Shown piece by piece: positions 13,271 to 25,462 of a stretch of 64,000 nt of DNA (positions within the stretch are counted from its first letter, which is position 1; the number at the start of each line of letters is the position of its first letter). Location of the stretch: assembly GCA_965649765.1 (NCBI GenBank), contig OZ287754.1, positions 682,001-746,000 on the forward strand. The letters are read 5' to 3'. Source of the stretch: Bispira polyomma (taxonomy: Eukaryota). The notes beneath the pieces are model-generated. The model did not search any database. It saw only the letters and a program-made list of their open reading frames with translations, and was not told the origin of the DNA. The position numbers and the translations under genes are program-made.

Positions 13271-15619
13271 GAAAGAAATACACTGTGTCTTCGACATATA
13301 AAATTATTTGGAGTCAATTGTTCGTTTAGTTAGCACGATTTGTGAAATAAAAATAGACCAAAAAGAGATTAATAGTCCTGTCAGATTTAGGCATAGAACC
13401 ATCATGATTTAATGCTATATATTAAATAGAGATGAAATTTATGACATTAAATATTACTAATATAAAAGATTCTACTGAACACTAGACTACATTGCAGTAT
13501 ATTAAGACAGATATACTTGTGTACCTTACTACTCTAGAGTGGACTTCATTTTCAGGAAAAGCTGTTAATTCCATTAAGATGAATTTTGAGTATTACTAAG
13601 GTATAATTTAATACCTATGTCAAGTGGTGTTATCAGTATTGCCCTCCAAATTGACAGTTCCTTACACTTAATTCACACTTAACACACACACAATGTCTAT
13701 ATGTGCATAGTGTACTCACTTACCTTAAACCACTCTCTCTATAGTATGATATGCTGTAACCCTCCTACTTCTAGATAACATTGAGTAAGAGACCCACTTC
13801 TTGACAGCTATCTGTGATGTCACTGTAACCCCCGTCTCTATAAAAATATAGGGTTCTTCCTTGAATACTAAATCCCCCCGACCCCCCCGGGGGTCAGTAT
13901 ATAACTGATGACTTGGAACTGTCTACTAAAAAAAGTGACATTGAGAAGGTCAAGGTTATGTGAAAAGGGGGGTCCTGAGAAAGGGTTGAACAGTCAGTGT
14001 ATTTTGTATGGAGGGTGTTATTATAGGGTGGTGATCTGAATGCACGTCAGTCCACACAATAGACGTGAGATTAGAGGCCAAGACAAAAGGCTTGGAGAGG
14101 TTCACGAGTAAAAGAGCCTATTGAAGCTAATCATGAAATGTTGTGACCCCAAGTCCTTCTAACTGTCCCACCACTCAAATGGAAGAGAAACATCTCCCCT
14201 CTGACATTTACAATCATCTCATTGTGGCTCGACTATTGAAAACAGTGTAGTGACTTTAATAAAACATTTGACACGTCCGACACAGAGCCGTGAATAGCAT
14301 TGATGTGGTTCTTCTAAGGATCGAGTTTGGACATCAAACACACCATAGTGTTTATAGCCTATGATTCCCGTGCATGTTGATGAGTAGAGTTGGGGGTGGG
14401 GGTGGGGTGGGGGGGAGGGGGGTAAAGACCCCCAAATTGGGTTAGGCTGTAATGACGTGGCATCACGTGATCCAGCCGTTAGTATTTGGTGTGAAAACAT
14501 TGATATGTTTCTTTCGTAAAGTTTGATCTGCGATGTTTAAAAACTCACCAATTTACGGCTCACAGTGGTACCTGTGTGGTGTATATGTATGGTCCAGCAA
14601 ATATCACTAACTGACCATGTCATGAGTAAAACACTTTGATCTTCACAGGGGTAAAATTACCAGACATATACACTCACATATATCTACAAGTCCTTGATGT
14701 ATGGTCAATGGTGGTCTAACTGGTGGTCTAAACCAATTCTATAGAGTTATAAAGGGTTTCATTAAGGAAGTGTGAATCTGTTTGAAATGTTTATAAATCT
14801 TCATGTTGCTCAATGTTCTAGTTATCGTGTACTATTATGTACAAAATAGAATGACTACAGTACAGAAGTCAGACTCTCTGGGTTTAGTGCTTTACCCTGG
14901 TGTGTATCAAGAAATGTGTAGATGTTGGAACATTACTAAAAACTACATGTTAACTTGTAACAATTCTCAAAATAATACGTGGACTAGATTTTGAAAATTA
15001 AAGTTGCCCAAACTAAGTATGCATATTACTTTGCCGTTTAGCCTCCTTTATAATCTTTCTGAAACAAAAATATCATAAATATGGGATAACCTGTGAAGAG
15101 ATGAAAATTTTAAAAAAAATTTAGAAAAAGACCCACCCCCAAATTGGCTCCGGCATTTTGTCCATCTTTTTTAAACTTGACCAGGTCCACCGGCAGATTG
15201 TCTGTGCACCATAATCAATTACTTTTGTCTCTTTCCTCCTCTTTCATTCTTTAAGGAATGAGGGGGAGCTCTGGTCTAACCCATTTGTATAACAAAAAAT
15301 GTCATATTCTATATTGTCTACAAGAGGGGAATTAGATTCGTGCAAACTTTGCATCACCAAACAAAATGCATTTTCATCAGAAACTCTCTTTTCCATCAGT
15401 GAATACAGATTTAAGCATTTTCCCCTACAATATCAATAAATTGATATTTCAGCTAATTTCAGTTAATATTTTTATATGTTAAGATCTAAATTCACGTGCA
15501 CACTTGTTTTTGTTTTATTTTTACATTGTTGATGCATCAATTAATTTTACTTTAAAACAAGTAGAGCCATGAATCTAATATTCAAATTGAATCCAAAATT
15601 ACTACTAACGTTCAAAGCC

Positions 15620-15992
15620 TTCACATGACTTGCTCCACAATATATTTCCAAGCTACTGACAAAAAGGGAATCTTGTCAGATAATCCGCTCCAACTTATGG
15701 TTCTTAAGTCAAAATGCAAAAGATTTGCTGGTCCTGCATTTTCGGCATCTGCACCGACATTATGGAATCCTCTACATAAAGACATCAAGACCGTAGTTTC
15801 TCTTGACAGTTTTAAATTTAAATTAAAAACTTATTTATTTAGAAAAGCCAAACCTAATGCCACTGTTTGTATTTCTTGACAAATAAGTTGCAAGAGTATG
15901 CGTTTTAAGCAACTTGCTGCCATTTGTAAAGTGCCTTGGAACAGACATTTGTCTGAATCTAGGCGCTGTAGAAATATACTTATTATTATTAC
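15620..15992 (+). mobile_element. L2/CR1 3' end
   Basis: AFSASAPTLWN.L...SFKFKLKTYLF, 3' stem-loop and (ATT)n tail. Confidence 0.75.
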
Positions 15993-17396
15993 AATATATC
16001 TTGTACACTCAAAAATTTAATACCAGTATAAAGTTTCAAATACAAAGTACAAATATTAACATTACATTTGTAAAAAAATATATCATTTTATTCAATGTTA
16101 TTCTATTCCTGTTGTTATGAATTGTTGTGCTTTATTGATCTGCAACACACATACTGGTTGTATTGTTTTATGTCAAAAGTGACTGATAAGCCCGATGGGC
16201 TGGGTACAAAAATGTTTATATATTTATTGTATTTTATGTACTGGTCACTATAATAAGAAATATCTATCCAATAGCAATTACCAAAGTTTGTGACTTAGGA
16301 AGGGAAAATACAGTATTTGTTATGATATCATGTAAAATAATGGTAAAACTAAAAGTTAAATTTGGTGGTATAATATATATCAGCTGCAAAATACTGCAAA
16401 TGTGAAATGTATCTGTCATACAACGAAAATATGTAATAAATGAAAGTGAGTGATAAGCCCATGGCTGGGCAACTATATTTATGTGGTAATGTATTGTTAT
16501 ATTAAAGAAGTGTGCAAGTCACCATATTAAAATAAAATAAAGATATACTTTGGGCCATTTATTCACTCCTCAGGATCAACCTACAATAACATATTAGTAT
16601 ATTAGTATTGTTAACCAAACATCGGCTACAATTAACATTTTACAAGTGGAAATCGAATATATACAAGGCTGATTTCCAAACCTAAAAAAGAGGTAGTCAT
16701 TTTTTAAACATTACTGCTGGCAGGGCCTATTGTTCTGATGTCTGTGTACATGAGGTTAAAGTCTTTGTCAATGGTGAGGTTTTCTATCCAAAGCAGGTTA
16801 ACAACCTTAATAACAGGTGTCAATATAGAAAATGGTGAACTCTTTGTTGGGTTGGAAGCAAATTTATAAAATGCATAATTTATATACGTACAAACTCTTT
16901 CAACTGTGTTTTTGTAACAATAATCTCATTAACTGATGACCACACATATTATCATACTGAAAATGGATGGCTACTGCAATAAAGATGACATCATTTTTCA
17001 CTTTAGCAAAACCTACTATTCCTCTAGTTTTAACATGAACTCGGTTTGGTAAGCTTATTATATTGGCATTTAACCCTTTGAGCCCTAGATTGTTGACATG
17101 AAGGAGATGGCATTTGTTATTATCATAACCTATGTCTGTCTGCAAGCAGTCCACTAACCCCCAGAAATATTTATTATATTTTCCTTTTAGAAATTGCAAT
17201 GGCAAAATTGTTAGTTCGGCAGACTTCCCTGTTTAAAGCAATTATTGAATGGGTCTTGTTGAGAAATAATGGCTTTGAAAGTGATCACATGGACTTTAAA
17301 CAAAATTCGTACAGATACCCAGACGGAGATAAAAGCTATATTATTGCATCACCCAGTACAGGTCAGTACATACCCACAACAGGAAGTATATATCAC

Positions 17397-18050
17397 AGGC
17401 TGATACTGGCCAGGGATACAGATGACCTGTGTTTGATCTCAGTCTGGGACTCTCTCATGTACTGGCTGACATTGGCCAGGGATACAGATGACCTGTGTTT
17501 GATCTCAGTCTGGGGCTCTCTCATGTAGAGGCTGCCATTGGCCAGGGATACAGATGACCTGTGTTTGATCTCAGTCTGGGACTCTCTCATGTACAGACTG
17601 TCATTGGCCAGGGATACAGATGACCTGTGTTTGATCTCAGTCTGGGACTCTCTCATGTACAGACTGTCATTGGCCAGGGATACAGATGACCTGTATTTGA
17701 TCTCAGTCTGGGACTCTCTCATGTACTGGCTGACACTGACCAGGGATACAGATGACCTGTGTTTGATCTCAGTCTGGGACTCTCTTATGTACTGGCTGAC
17801 ATTGGCCAGGGATACAGATGACCAGTGTTTGATCTCAGTCTGGGACTCTCTCATGTACTGGCTGACATTGGCCAGGGATACAGATGACCAGTGTTTGATC
17901 TCAGTCTGGGACTCTCTCATGTACTGGCTGTCATTGGCCAGCGATACAGATGACCTGTGTTTAATCTCAGTCTGGGACTCTCTCATGTACTGGCTGACAC
18001 TGGCCAGGGATACAGATGACCTGTGTTTGAATCCAGTCTGGGACTCTCTC
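17397..18050. repeat. Minisatellite, 66-bp unit x about 10
   Basis: GGCCAGGGATACAGATGACCTGTGTTTGATCTCAGTCTGGGACTCTCTCATGTACTGGCTGACATT starting at 17408, 17474 ... 18002. Confidence 0.97.
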
Positions 18051-19169
18051 CCTCCTCTGCCAATGGGTCTTATATCAGGCTAAAGCCCCTTAGGGGGTAT
18101 GTGGGTAAAAAACAGTGTCCCACTCAGGCGTCCCACTTCAGTTAGAAGGGAAATGACAGTTACTGGTGATGTTTGGCTGTAATTGTGGCAGTCAGAAAAA
18201 GGTACATAGGTAAACCATCAGAAAACAGCAATAGTAGAATAAAATTGATATAAAAATAACTGACTTGAGGTAATATTGGGATCAATATTTGAGTTGGACC
18301 ATAAATAAGGTACAACATTTCTTCTTAGTAGTGAGTGTTGTTCTTACACACAATGTGTACTGTGTTAATTCAGTTTGTTTACCAATTACTAATTGATACT
18401 CATCCACAATGTGTAAACCATTTTAATTTTTTTTTGTGGAAAATTAACAACAGACATTTGTGAGAAACAAATTCTAAGAAATATTCTAATGTTTTTGTTG
18501 AAGGAACATAATAACAAAGTGCGTTGCACAGCTGTGGTGACGTCACAACACTGGGGAAGGGTTGAGGAAGGGGGTGATTGTTTTAAAACAAAGAATACAA
18601 TATATCGATTATAAAAAGTAAGACAGGCAAAAACATGTACACTAAAGAAGCTAGTCACAGTTATAATTAAAGAGAACACAATTCCTGCCTACAGTTTGGC
18701 TTCCTCACTTTGGAGATAATTGTGGTTTGAGATAATTGAATACAACAGACCTGTGTAGTTTTTATGTGTTTTTTGCATAGATCAATTTTATTTATTTCAG
18801 TAAATCATCAATAAAAATGCTACACAATGTCACATTAAGGTATAAATTCGACGAATTGCTAATCATTACACAACGTTTGCATATACTTAGTATGCCAACC
18901 AGTTATGGTGGTAACTTAGTCACTGTGAACAGTTGGTGAAGAAATCCGTTCTAATATTAGGTCCTATTAAAATAACATTTCTGCTTCAGCCATAAAGTAC
19001 GAACACCAACAAATTGGTTGAATACTTTTCAAAACTATTCCTCCACAGGGACCATTTCGTGGTAAAAGTGTCAGAAGTATGGCTAACATTGGACAGTATT
19101 TCTTGTTGCTGTCATCATTGTATGGTGTTATTGTGGGTAGCTGTTGTGGTGAAATGAACTCTATATAAA

Positions 19170-20125
19170 GACTTCTATATTATAATAATGATAAATATCT
19201 TATATAGCGCTCAACTGGTACATAAAAATAATTCTGTATTCTGTGGCGCTTTACAAAAATACCTTCTGAAATATTTGAGCTTTGGCTGTTTTCTGAATAG
19301 GTTGTGGCTGTCCATTTTACTAAGGTAGTCTTGAAGAGAGTTCCATGACTTTGGTCCAAATACACTAAAACTATGGTGGGCAAATATCCTTGCTCTTGTT
19401 TTTGGAACATCCAATAGATAGTACTGTTTCTTTGATCTAACAGGATAGGGACAGTCTCTTTTTTATTGAATTAGATTCTGTAAATGTTTCGGTGCTTTTT
19501 GGTGAATACTTTTATTGACTATTGTCAAAATTTTAAACAATATTCTGTAGCGAATTGGAAGCCAGTGGAGTGTTTTTAGTGCTTGTGAACTACTGCTGTA
19601 TTTGTCCAAGTTTAGTACAAACTTTGCTGCTGCATTTTTTATCTCTTTCTCAGGCAAGGCCATGAAAATACTATTGCAATAGTCCAGATGGGATAGAACA
19701 AGGCCATGAAAATACTATTGCAATAGTCCAGATGGGATAGAACAAGGCCATACACTACTTGTTGCATGCTTCAGTTGTTAAAGATGCTCGAATTAACCTG
19801 ATGTTGTGGAGGTTTTTGACACTTTAGACTAATATGTTGTTGCAGGGACAGTGTTTTATGCAGAGTGACTCCCAAATACTTTATGGTTAATGGTCTTTCA
19901 ACCCATTTTACATTCACAGTAATATGGCATGTGAAAAATTTGCTCAAGTGTTTGTTGTATCCAAAAAAGATTAGCTCTGTTTTTGAAGAATTTATTTGAA
20001 GTTTATTTGAATCCATCCAGCCCTTTACAGTACAGAGTGAGTTCTGTAGCCCCTCAATAACACACACTTCTTCATTTACATTGTTTACACTAAAAGATTT
20101 CCGTGGGCAATGGTCATCCTCGAAT
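19170..20125 (-). mobile_element. L2/CR1 LINE 3' half, degenerate
   Basis: WMDSNKLQINSSKTE, IKYLGV, LDYCNS and LHWLPIRYRILFK motifs; internal 44-bp duplication at 19654-19750. Confidence 0.8.
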
Positions 20126-20250
20126 CCTGATAATACCCCCATATCAGTAGGCACTACGACTTTCCATATTGCACCAGTAACACATAGGACTATGTAGAGG
20201 TCTAGATGTATGGTAGGGTAGGGCTTGTGAACGTTGCAGCGTCCCGTTAC

Positions 20251-20393
20251 CAGGGGATTGTATTCACAAAAAGGTCGTAGTCTTAACTCAGGCGTAGTCC
20301 TAACAGTTATGTCTATAATAAGGCTGCCAACTGACCAAAATCTTAGGTTTAAGACTACGGGATGACAACGACATTTTGTGAATACGGCCCCTG
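20251..20393. mobile_element. MITE, PIF/Harbinger-like
   Basis: TIRs CAGGGGATTGTATTCACAAAA / TTTTGTGAATACGGCCCCTG. Confidence 0.7.
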
Positions 20394-20463
20394 GTGGGGA
20401 GATATATTCACTTGCAGTAGATTCTGTAACCAATTGAACATATATACATGCCCAATGTGATGT

Positions 20464-20719
20464 TAGAATTAGAATTTGGATATTTAACGTCCACTCTAGT
20501 ACCTTTTAGTAGGTTATATTGGGACGGGTAGTTGGAAACGCTGGAGGAAACACTGCATACAGTTGATCAAGGTTCTGCAGAGAAACCAGCGGCCTACAGT
20601 AAGGAACTACCACCTTTCCCACATAGGGATCGACGTGATTCGAACTCACGCCGCCCAGAGGTGAGAGACCAGTGATTATGAAGCACAATGCTTGCTAACC
20701 ACTAGGCCACCGCGTCCCA
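20464..20719 (-). mobile_element. Full-length tRNA-derived SINE with a 13-bp TSD
   Basis: A box TGGCCTAGTGG and B box GTTCGAATC on the minus strand; TSD CCCAATGTGATGT at 20451-20463 and 20720-20732. Confidence 0.85.
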
Positions 20720-21282
20720 CCCAATGTGATGTAGATGGACAGATAGTTAGACAGATTGTTATAGTGTTGTCATTAAATCACAGTACAATGAAAATTACAA
20801 GACAAACTTGTAGAAGGGTTGGATAACATTTTCAAAAACTTGTATGCGTATCATGTTAAGGTTACATGGTATTGTAATTAATAATATGTTCTATGTCTCT
20901 TAAAAACCTACTGACAAATTGGTATCACCTTAGGGACAATTAAATAGTTACATAACACAGCATTATAGACCCATATATAGCTTGAGTGTGTTCAATTCAG
21001 TACACGGCAGTGAAACTTATAATTTTACTAATATAGTAAGATTTTGTTGTATCTAAAAATAATATTTACTAAATTTAAATCACTTTTAAACCCCCACCAA
21101 TTCCTCAACAAGTGTTCCCTAGAACACCCCCTCCCCCCCCCCCCCCCTCAATACACAGTGTACAGTCTGATGACGTGTCTACATAACACGTCACATTTAC
21201 TCCCCCCCCCCTCCCGCCTTTCATTTCATTTAAATTCCTCAAACACACAGACTCAGATTATCCTTGTCACCTCCTAGTATAA

Positions 21283-21460
21283 GCCCCGCCCAAGTGTCGC
21301 ATTAAACAGCCAATGGGCGGCCAGTGGGAGACACTATCCTCTGGGGCCGTGGGGCGAGTGAGTGAGGTCTTGATGTGGTGTGTTCACTGAGGTATGACTT
21401 TAAGAGTGGGGATTGGGGTATAAATAGGGGTGGGGGAATGAGGACAATTCATAGTCACAT
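21283..21460 (+). promoter_or_regulatory. Core/proximal promoter of the bHLH gene
   Basis: GC box GCCCCGCCC 21283-21291, AGCCAATG 21308-21315, GGGCGG 21315-21320, reverse CCAAT (GATTGG) 21411-21416, TATAAATA 21419-21426; TSS expected near 21450. Confidence 0.7.
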
Positions 21461-21750
21461 CAGTGGAAGGACGACTTGAGTGTGTGAAGTTTGTATGTGT
21501 GTATATGTACATTACAATCTACAGACAGTGATATGTAGAGAGTGACATTGTTATCAAAGAGACATATACTAGCATCATAATACTTGGCTCTGGTATTACA
21601 TGATTACTGATTTGTGACTACTGATATTAGGAAGAACGAACGAACCGACAACTTTATTACTGTACACCTGGGATGTAAACAACTTGTGTGACGTTTTTAC
21701 AAAGTGTGACGTGTATACAGTAATTTTGTGACCTGTATATCTTGTGACGT

Positions 21751-22719
21751 ATGCAGAGTTTTTTTGTACTGAGTATACAGAAAGTACCACACAGACACAC
21801 TATGTTTTGCCCTGCAGAGAGTTGGCCAGCCACTGTCTCCCCCAGCCAGACAACCAGCACCTCACCAGACCATACATCCCCACCACCCATGTCTTCATGG
21901 CAGCACATAGATAACGGTTACAGCAGTGGTGGGGGTCACGTGACACAGTTTACAGGACATCACCCCAGTCAGGGAGGAGGCTACTTCATGGATCCTAACC
22001 ACCAAACAGCTGGAGGTTTTAGAGAGGACGGATCATGTCATCCCCTCTCATATACTGGTGTTGGTGCTCAGCATCCATTGATGTGTGCTGCAGAGAATGA
22101 GTACAGTAGCCATCAAAACTCACTACAGGGTCTACCCACTAACCCTTACCCCAGCATGATGCCACAGGTGGGTCTACCTCCTCACTACCACCCTAGTGGC
22201 CTGCCAGACAGTCTTCCATATGGGGCGCGGCTCATCATCACCAAAGACGGGAAACGCAAGAGGAAACGCATCATCACCTTGGACCAGAGGAAACAGGCAA
22301 ACGTCCGAGAAAGACGCAGGATGGTGACAGTGAACGGGGCATTTGAGATGCTCAGACAGCGTATCCCTACACTCCCTTACGAGAAGAAGCTGTCGAGGAT
22401 AGAGACCCTACGTCTGGCGGGCAGTTACATCCAGTTTATGTCCGAGTTACTAACCAAGGAGAACAATCCAGACCAGGAAAACAATAGTGCATCAACATCC
22501 TCTGAGGGGGTCAAGGACACAGACTCCTCCTTATTACAAGACAACACACAGCAGGCATCAACAACGTCAGCACAAGCTGTGTTCCAGGAAACCCTCAAGA
22601 TGTTAGCTTTTGAGGATGGGGACAGTAGTAACACGTCAGATAGTACCTCTGTGACGTCACAGTCTGACCAGCACAACACTTTCACACCAGTCAGTATGGC
22701 TGACCTGTTCAGGCTATAG
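21751..22719 (+). CDS. Intronless class A bHLH transcription factor, PTF1/Fer (48-related) family, most similar to Fer3/FERD3L
   Basis: 322-aa ORF containing [67 protein letters not shown], with an His/Pro/Gly-rich N-terminus and Ser/Thr-rich C-terminus. TATA box upstream and AATAAA downstream. The true start could be ATG 21802 or later. Confidence 0.92.
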   Translation: MQSFFVLSIQKVPHRHTMFCPAESWPATVSPSQTTSTSPDHTSPPPMSSWQHIDNGYSSGGGHVTQFTGHHPSQGGGYFMDPNHQTAGGFREDGSCHPLSYTGVGAQHPLMCAAENEYSSHQNSLQGLPTNPYPSMMPQVGLPPHYHPSGLPDSLPYGARLIITKDGKRKRKRIITLDQRKQANVRERRRMVTVNGAFEMLRQRIPTLPYEKKLSRIETLRLAGSYIQFMSELLTKENNPDQENNSASTSSEGVKDTDSSLLQDNTQQASTTSAQAVFQETLKMLAFEDGDSSNTSDSTSVTSQSDQHNTFTPVSMADLFRL

Positions 22720-23134
22720 CAGTAGGTGGGCAAACTTTCTGTGTACAAAAACTGTATAAAACTATATAAAAGTAGATTTTTAAAGTTTTGTTATTTCAAT
22801 ACATTCCTCACAATTTGTTATAAAGTACATTCCTCAAAGTTTGTTTTGAAAAACATATTCCATCCCAGGAGTTTGTCATAAATTATATTCCATTGGCTGG
22901 AGTGTTGTTCAAATTTATGTAATTATGGAATCTATAGTGATCTGATTGGCACTATAGTATAAAAACTGCAAATTCTTATTTATTTGATCATTCTTTAAGT
23001 AATTTATGTACTGTTTTAATTACCAATGTAATAGTTGACTCTGTTTTTATCCCACCTTTTTGGGGGACATGTCAAAATGAGTGTCCTTGTTTTTTTTTTT
23101 AAATCTTCAACTTTCTATTGTTTGTAAATACATA

Positions 23135-23140
23135 AATAAA
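23135..23140 (+). terminator. Polyadenylation signal of the bHLH gene
   Basis: AATAAA about 415 nt after the stop codon, at the end of an AU-rich 3' UTR, followed by GT/T-rich sequence. Confidence 0.6.
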
Positions 23141-24189
23141 TAACTAATATATAGAATGATCGAAATCTTGTTCTTCTGATTTGTTTAACTGATGTGTTTA
23201 TTTTAAAGTAGAGTTTGCTTGACTAACCAAATTGATATAAACTAGGATATTTAATGGGAATTTACAACCCAGCTAAGAAAGAGGATGCAGTAAACTTGAA
23301 TTTGTGGGAAAAGATCAGATCTGTCTTTTGCGTGAGGTGTCCTATAACTATTTGTTATTTTATTTACTAACTTTTGTTACGATTACTGCGTGTTACTGAT
23401 TTAGCAGTAAGAATGACTGTGCATAAACTAACGACATCTGATAGCAAATGTGCTGTGTGTACATCACTGTAATGTTTACAGTCAAACAAAGTGGTGTTTT
23501 ATACCATCTCATCAGTTCTCAGTAAAGAATATAATGCTACTCCTAAAGTTACAAGTAAAACATGAGTGTAGCTGAAACAACAGTTCTTAGTAATTTGTGG
23601 AACTGAAAGACATTCCAGTGAAATCCATGTATAGAGTACTAGTGAAGTACTCAGTGAAAATGTTATTGATGCTGTAATGTTATATAGGAGAGGAACTGTT
23701 GTATTATTGAGATGCTGAGCACAGCCACTTACTCACCCCTCCCACTTAGAGTCATATCAACCAATCAAAACTCAGCACACTTCTCTAGTCTTACTCATTG
23801 CATTTCTGTACCAGTTGGGTTGGTGGCTGTTGCTCAGAGATCTTAACGGGGGGGCTTCTCAAAGATTTGTCAGAACTATAAGATTGAATAGTATGGGAGG
23901 GCTCTTCTCAAATGATTAAATATATTTATATATATACACCTATTTATTGTGTTCTGTTTATATATAAATAACTGCTGACTACATATATATATATATATAT
24001 ACATACAAAATAAAAGTTATTAATTTTTTATAATATTACTTGTTTTATTCAGTTTTTTTTTGCATCTGCTTAATATTCCCAAAATGAACGTGTTTTTACT
24101 AACTTCATACACATGTCACTATCAGAGGTACTGAGGTTTTTTTTAATATCTGCTGTGATTGGTTTCTTGGTACAAATGCTTGCTTTCAA

Positions 24190-24482
24190 TATTTAAATGG
24201 TAGGATCTAGAGATTTCTCAATCGTTACCCATTTGTTATGAACTAGTCCCCCAGATGAGAGATTAGATCACTAAAACACTTTCTGGGTTTAGGAGAAAAC
24301 TTAGAAGCCTTTCTCTTTAAACTCACTTACCCCACTTAGTTCTCTCCCTGTACGCCCCACATCCTTCCTTATGACCTTGGCCTTTTTTGGACTTCTCGAT
24401 TGGTTATCTAATTCTCCTTAAAATTCTTGCTTTAGAAGATGCCTGGCATAAATAAGGCATATTAAAAATGCAATATACAATA
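24190..24482 (+). mobile_element. L2/CR1 3' end
   Basis: Clearly similar to 1700-1990. Confidence 0.7.
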
Positions 24483-24899
24483 TGTCAGACCTAGGGCTGC
24501 CATATAGATACTTCACCGAAACTACAACACAGGTTTTCAAGTTGCTATTACCTACCACTTTTTACCCCCTGGATACAAGGCAGATCAAGTAGAAATAAAG
24601 GTATTAAATAAACATTCCTAAACTGCAAACAATCACATGATCACTTTAAACACCAAACACCAATACGTTCCATGTGGCGATAATAAGAAATACAGAGTTT
24701 AGACATAAGAGCAACTCTGAAACTACAGAATGAATTGCAGTTCTAAATCAGAAGACAACAATCCATGGTTGGATGAAGAAGGGATGGGTGGGAGTCTAAT
24801 GAGGTGATCTAGGCGGGGGTGGAGTTTCTAGGTAAGGGATGTATGGGGCAGTAGGTATATGTATGGAGGGTGTTTAGTCAAATGTAGGACCGGAGCCAG

Positions 24900-25125
24900 T
24901 TTAATCTTAGCATAAACAGGGGCTAAGTGCCAGACAACTAAATCTTAGTGTGAACAGCTGTTAAATGCCAGACATTAAAAACATAGTATGAACAGGGGCC
25001 ACGTCCGAGACACTTAGATCATAGTATGAACAGGGGCTAAGTGCCAGACAGTGAAATCATATTATGAATAGGGGCTAGGTGTCAGGCCCTAAAATCCTCG
25101 TTTAAACAGGGATTAGGTGTCATAA
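24900..25125. repeat. Degenerate minisatellite, about 38-bp unit x about 6
   Basis: TAGTATGAACAGGGGCTAAGTGCCAGACA-type units. Confidence 0.8.
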
Positions 25126-25149
25126 AGTTTGGGCCAACAAAGATTAAGT

Positions 25150-25462
25150 GATTGGAAATACTACTTCATTTTGACCAATCATTATAATATATGGCCCCTT
25201 CTCTCTGAAATCATTTCTCACTCCACATTAGGACAGACAAGAGCATTATATATAGAAGTCTCTTATAGAAACCATCTTAAATCGTATAATTTTAAAACAA
25301 GCCTTTCCAACATTGCCTTCCTTTCCTTTGACTGAATGCTAATGTTTTCCAGATAACGACATTGCTATGCCCATAACATTAGGATGCTCTGGTACTCTGA
25401 GTTATCTTAGAGGGACAATTTGGCACCCCAAAGGGACTAGATTAAATTAGATTATTAGATTT
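25150..25462 (+). mobile_element. L2/CR1 3' end with TTAGA-type tail
   Basis: Similar to 8420-8720 and 60340-60800. Confidence 0.5.

Noticed and set aside
17397-18050. CRISPR-like array
   Set aside because: No unique spacers, no cas genes, and a eukaryotic context.
17393-18083. 197-aa and 181-aa ORFs on opposite strands
   Set aside because: They are products of a 66-bp stop-free repeat unit, with no recognisable domain and no promoter.
21168-21200. CTGATGA followed by a hairpin
   Set aside because: No GAAA follows the stem, so it is not a hammerhead.
22425-22748. Antisense 107-aa ORF (also 12730-12954 and 37516-38124)
   Set aside because: Shadow ORFs opposite real coding sequence.
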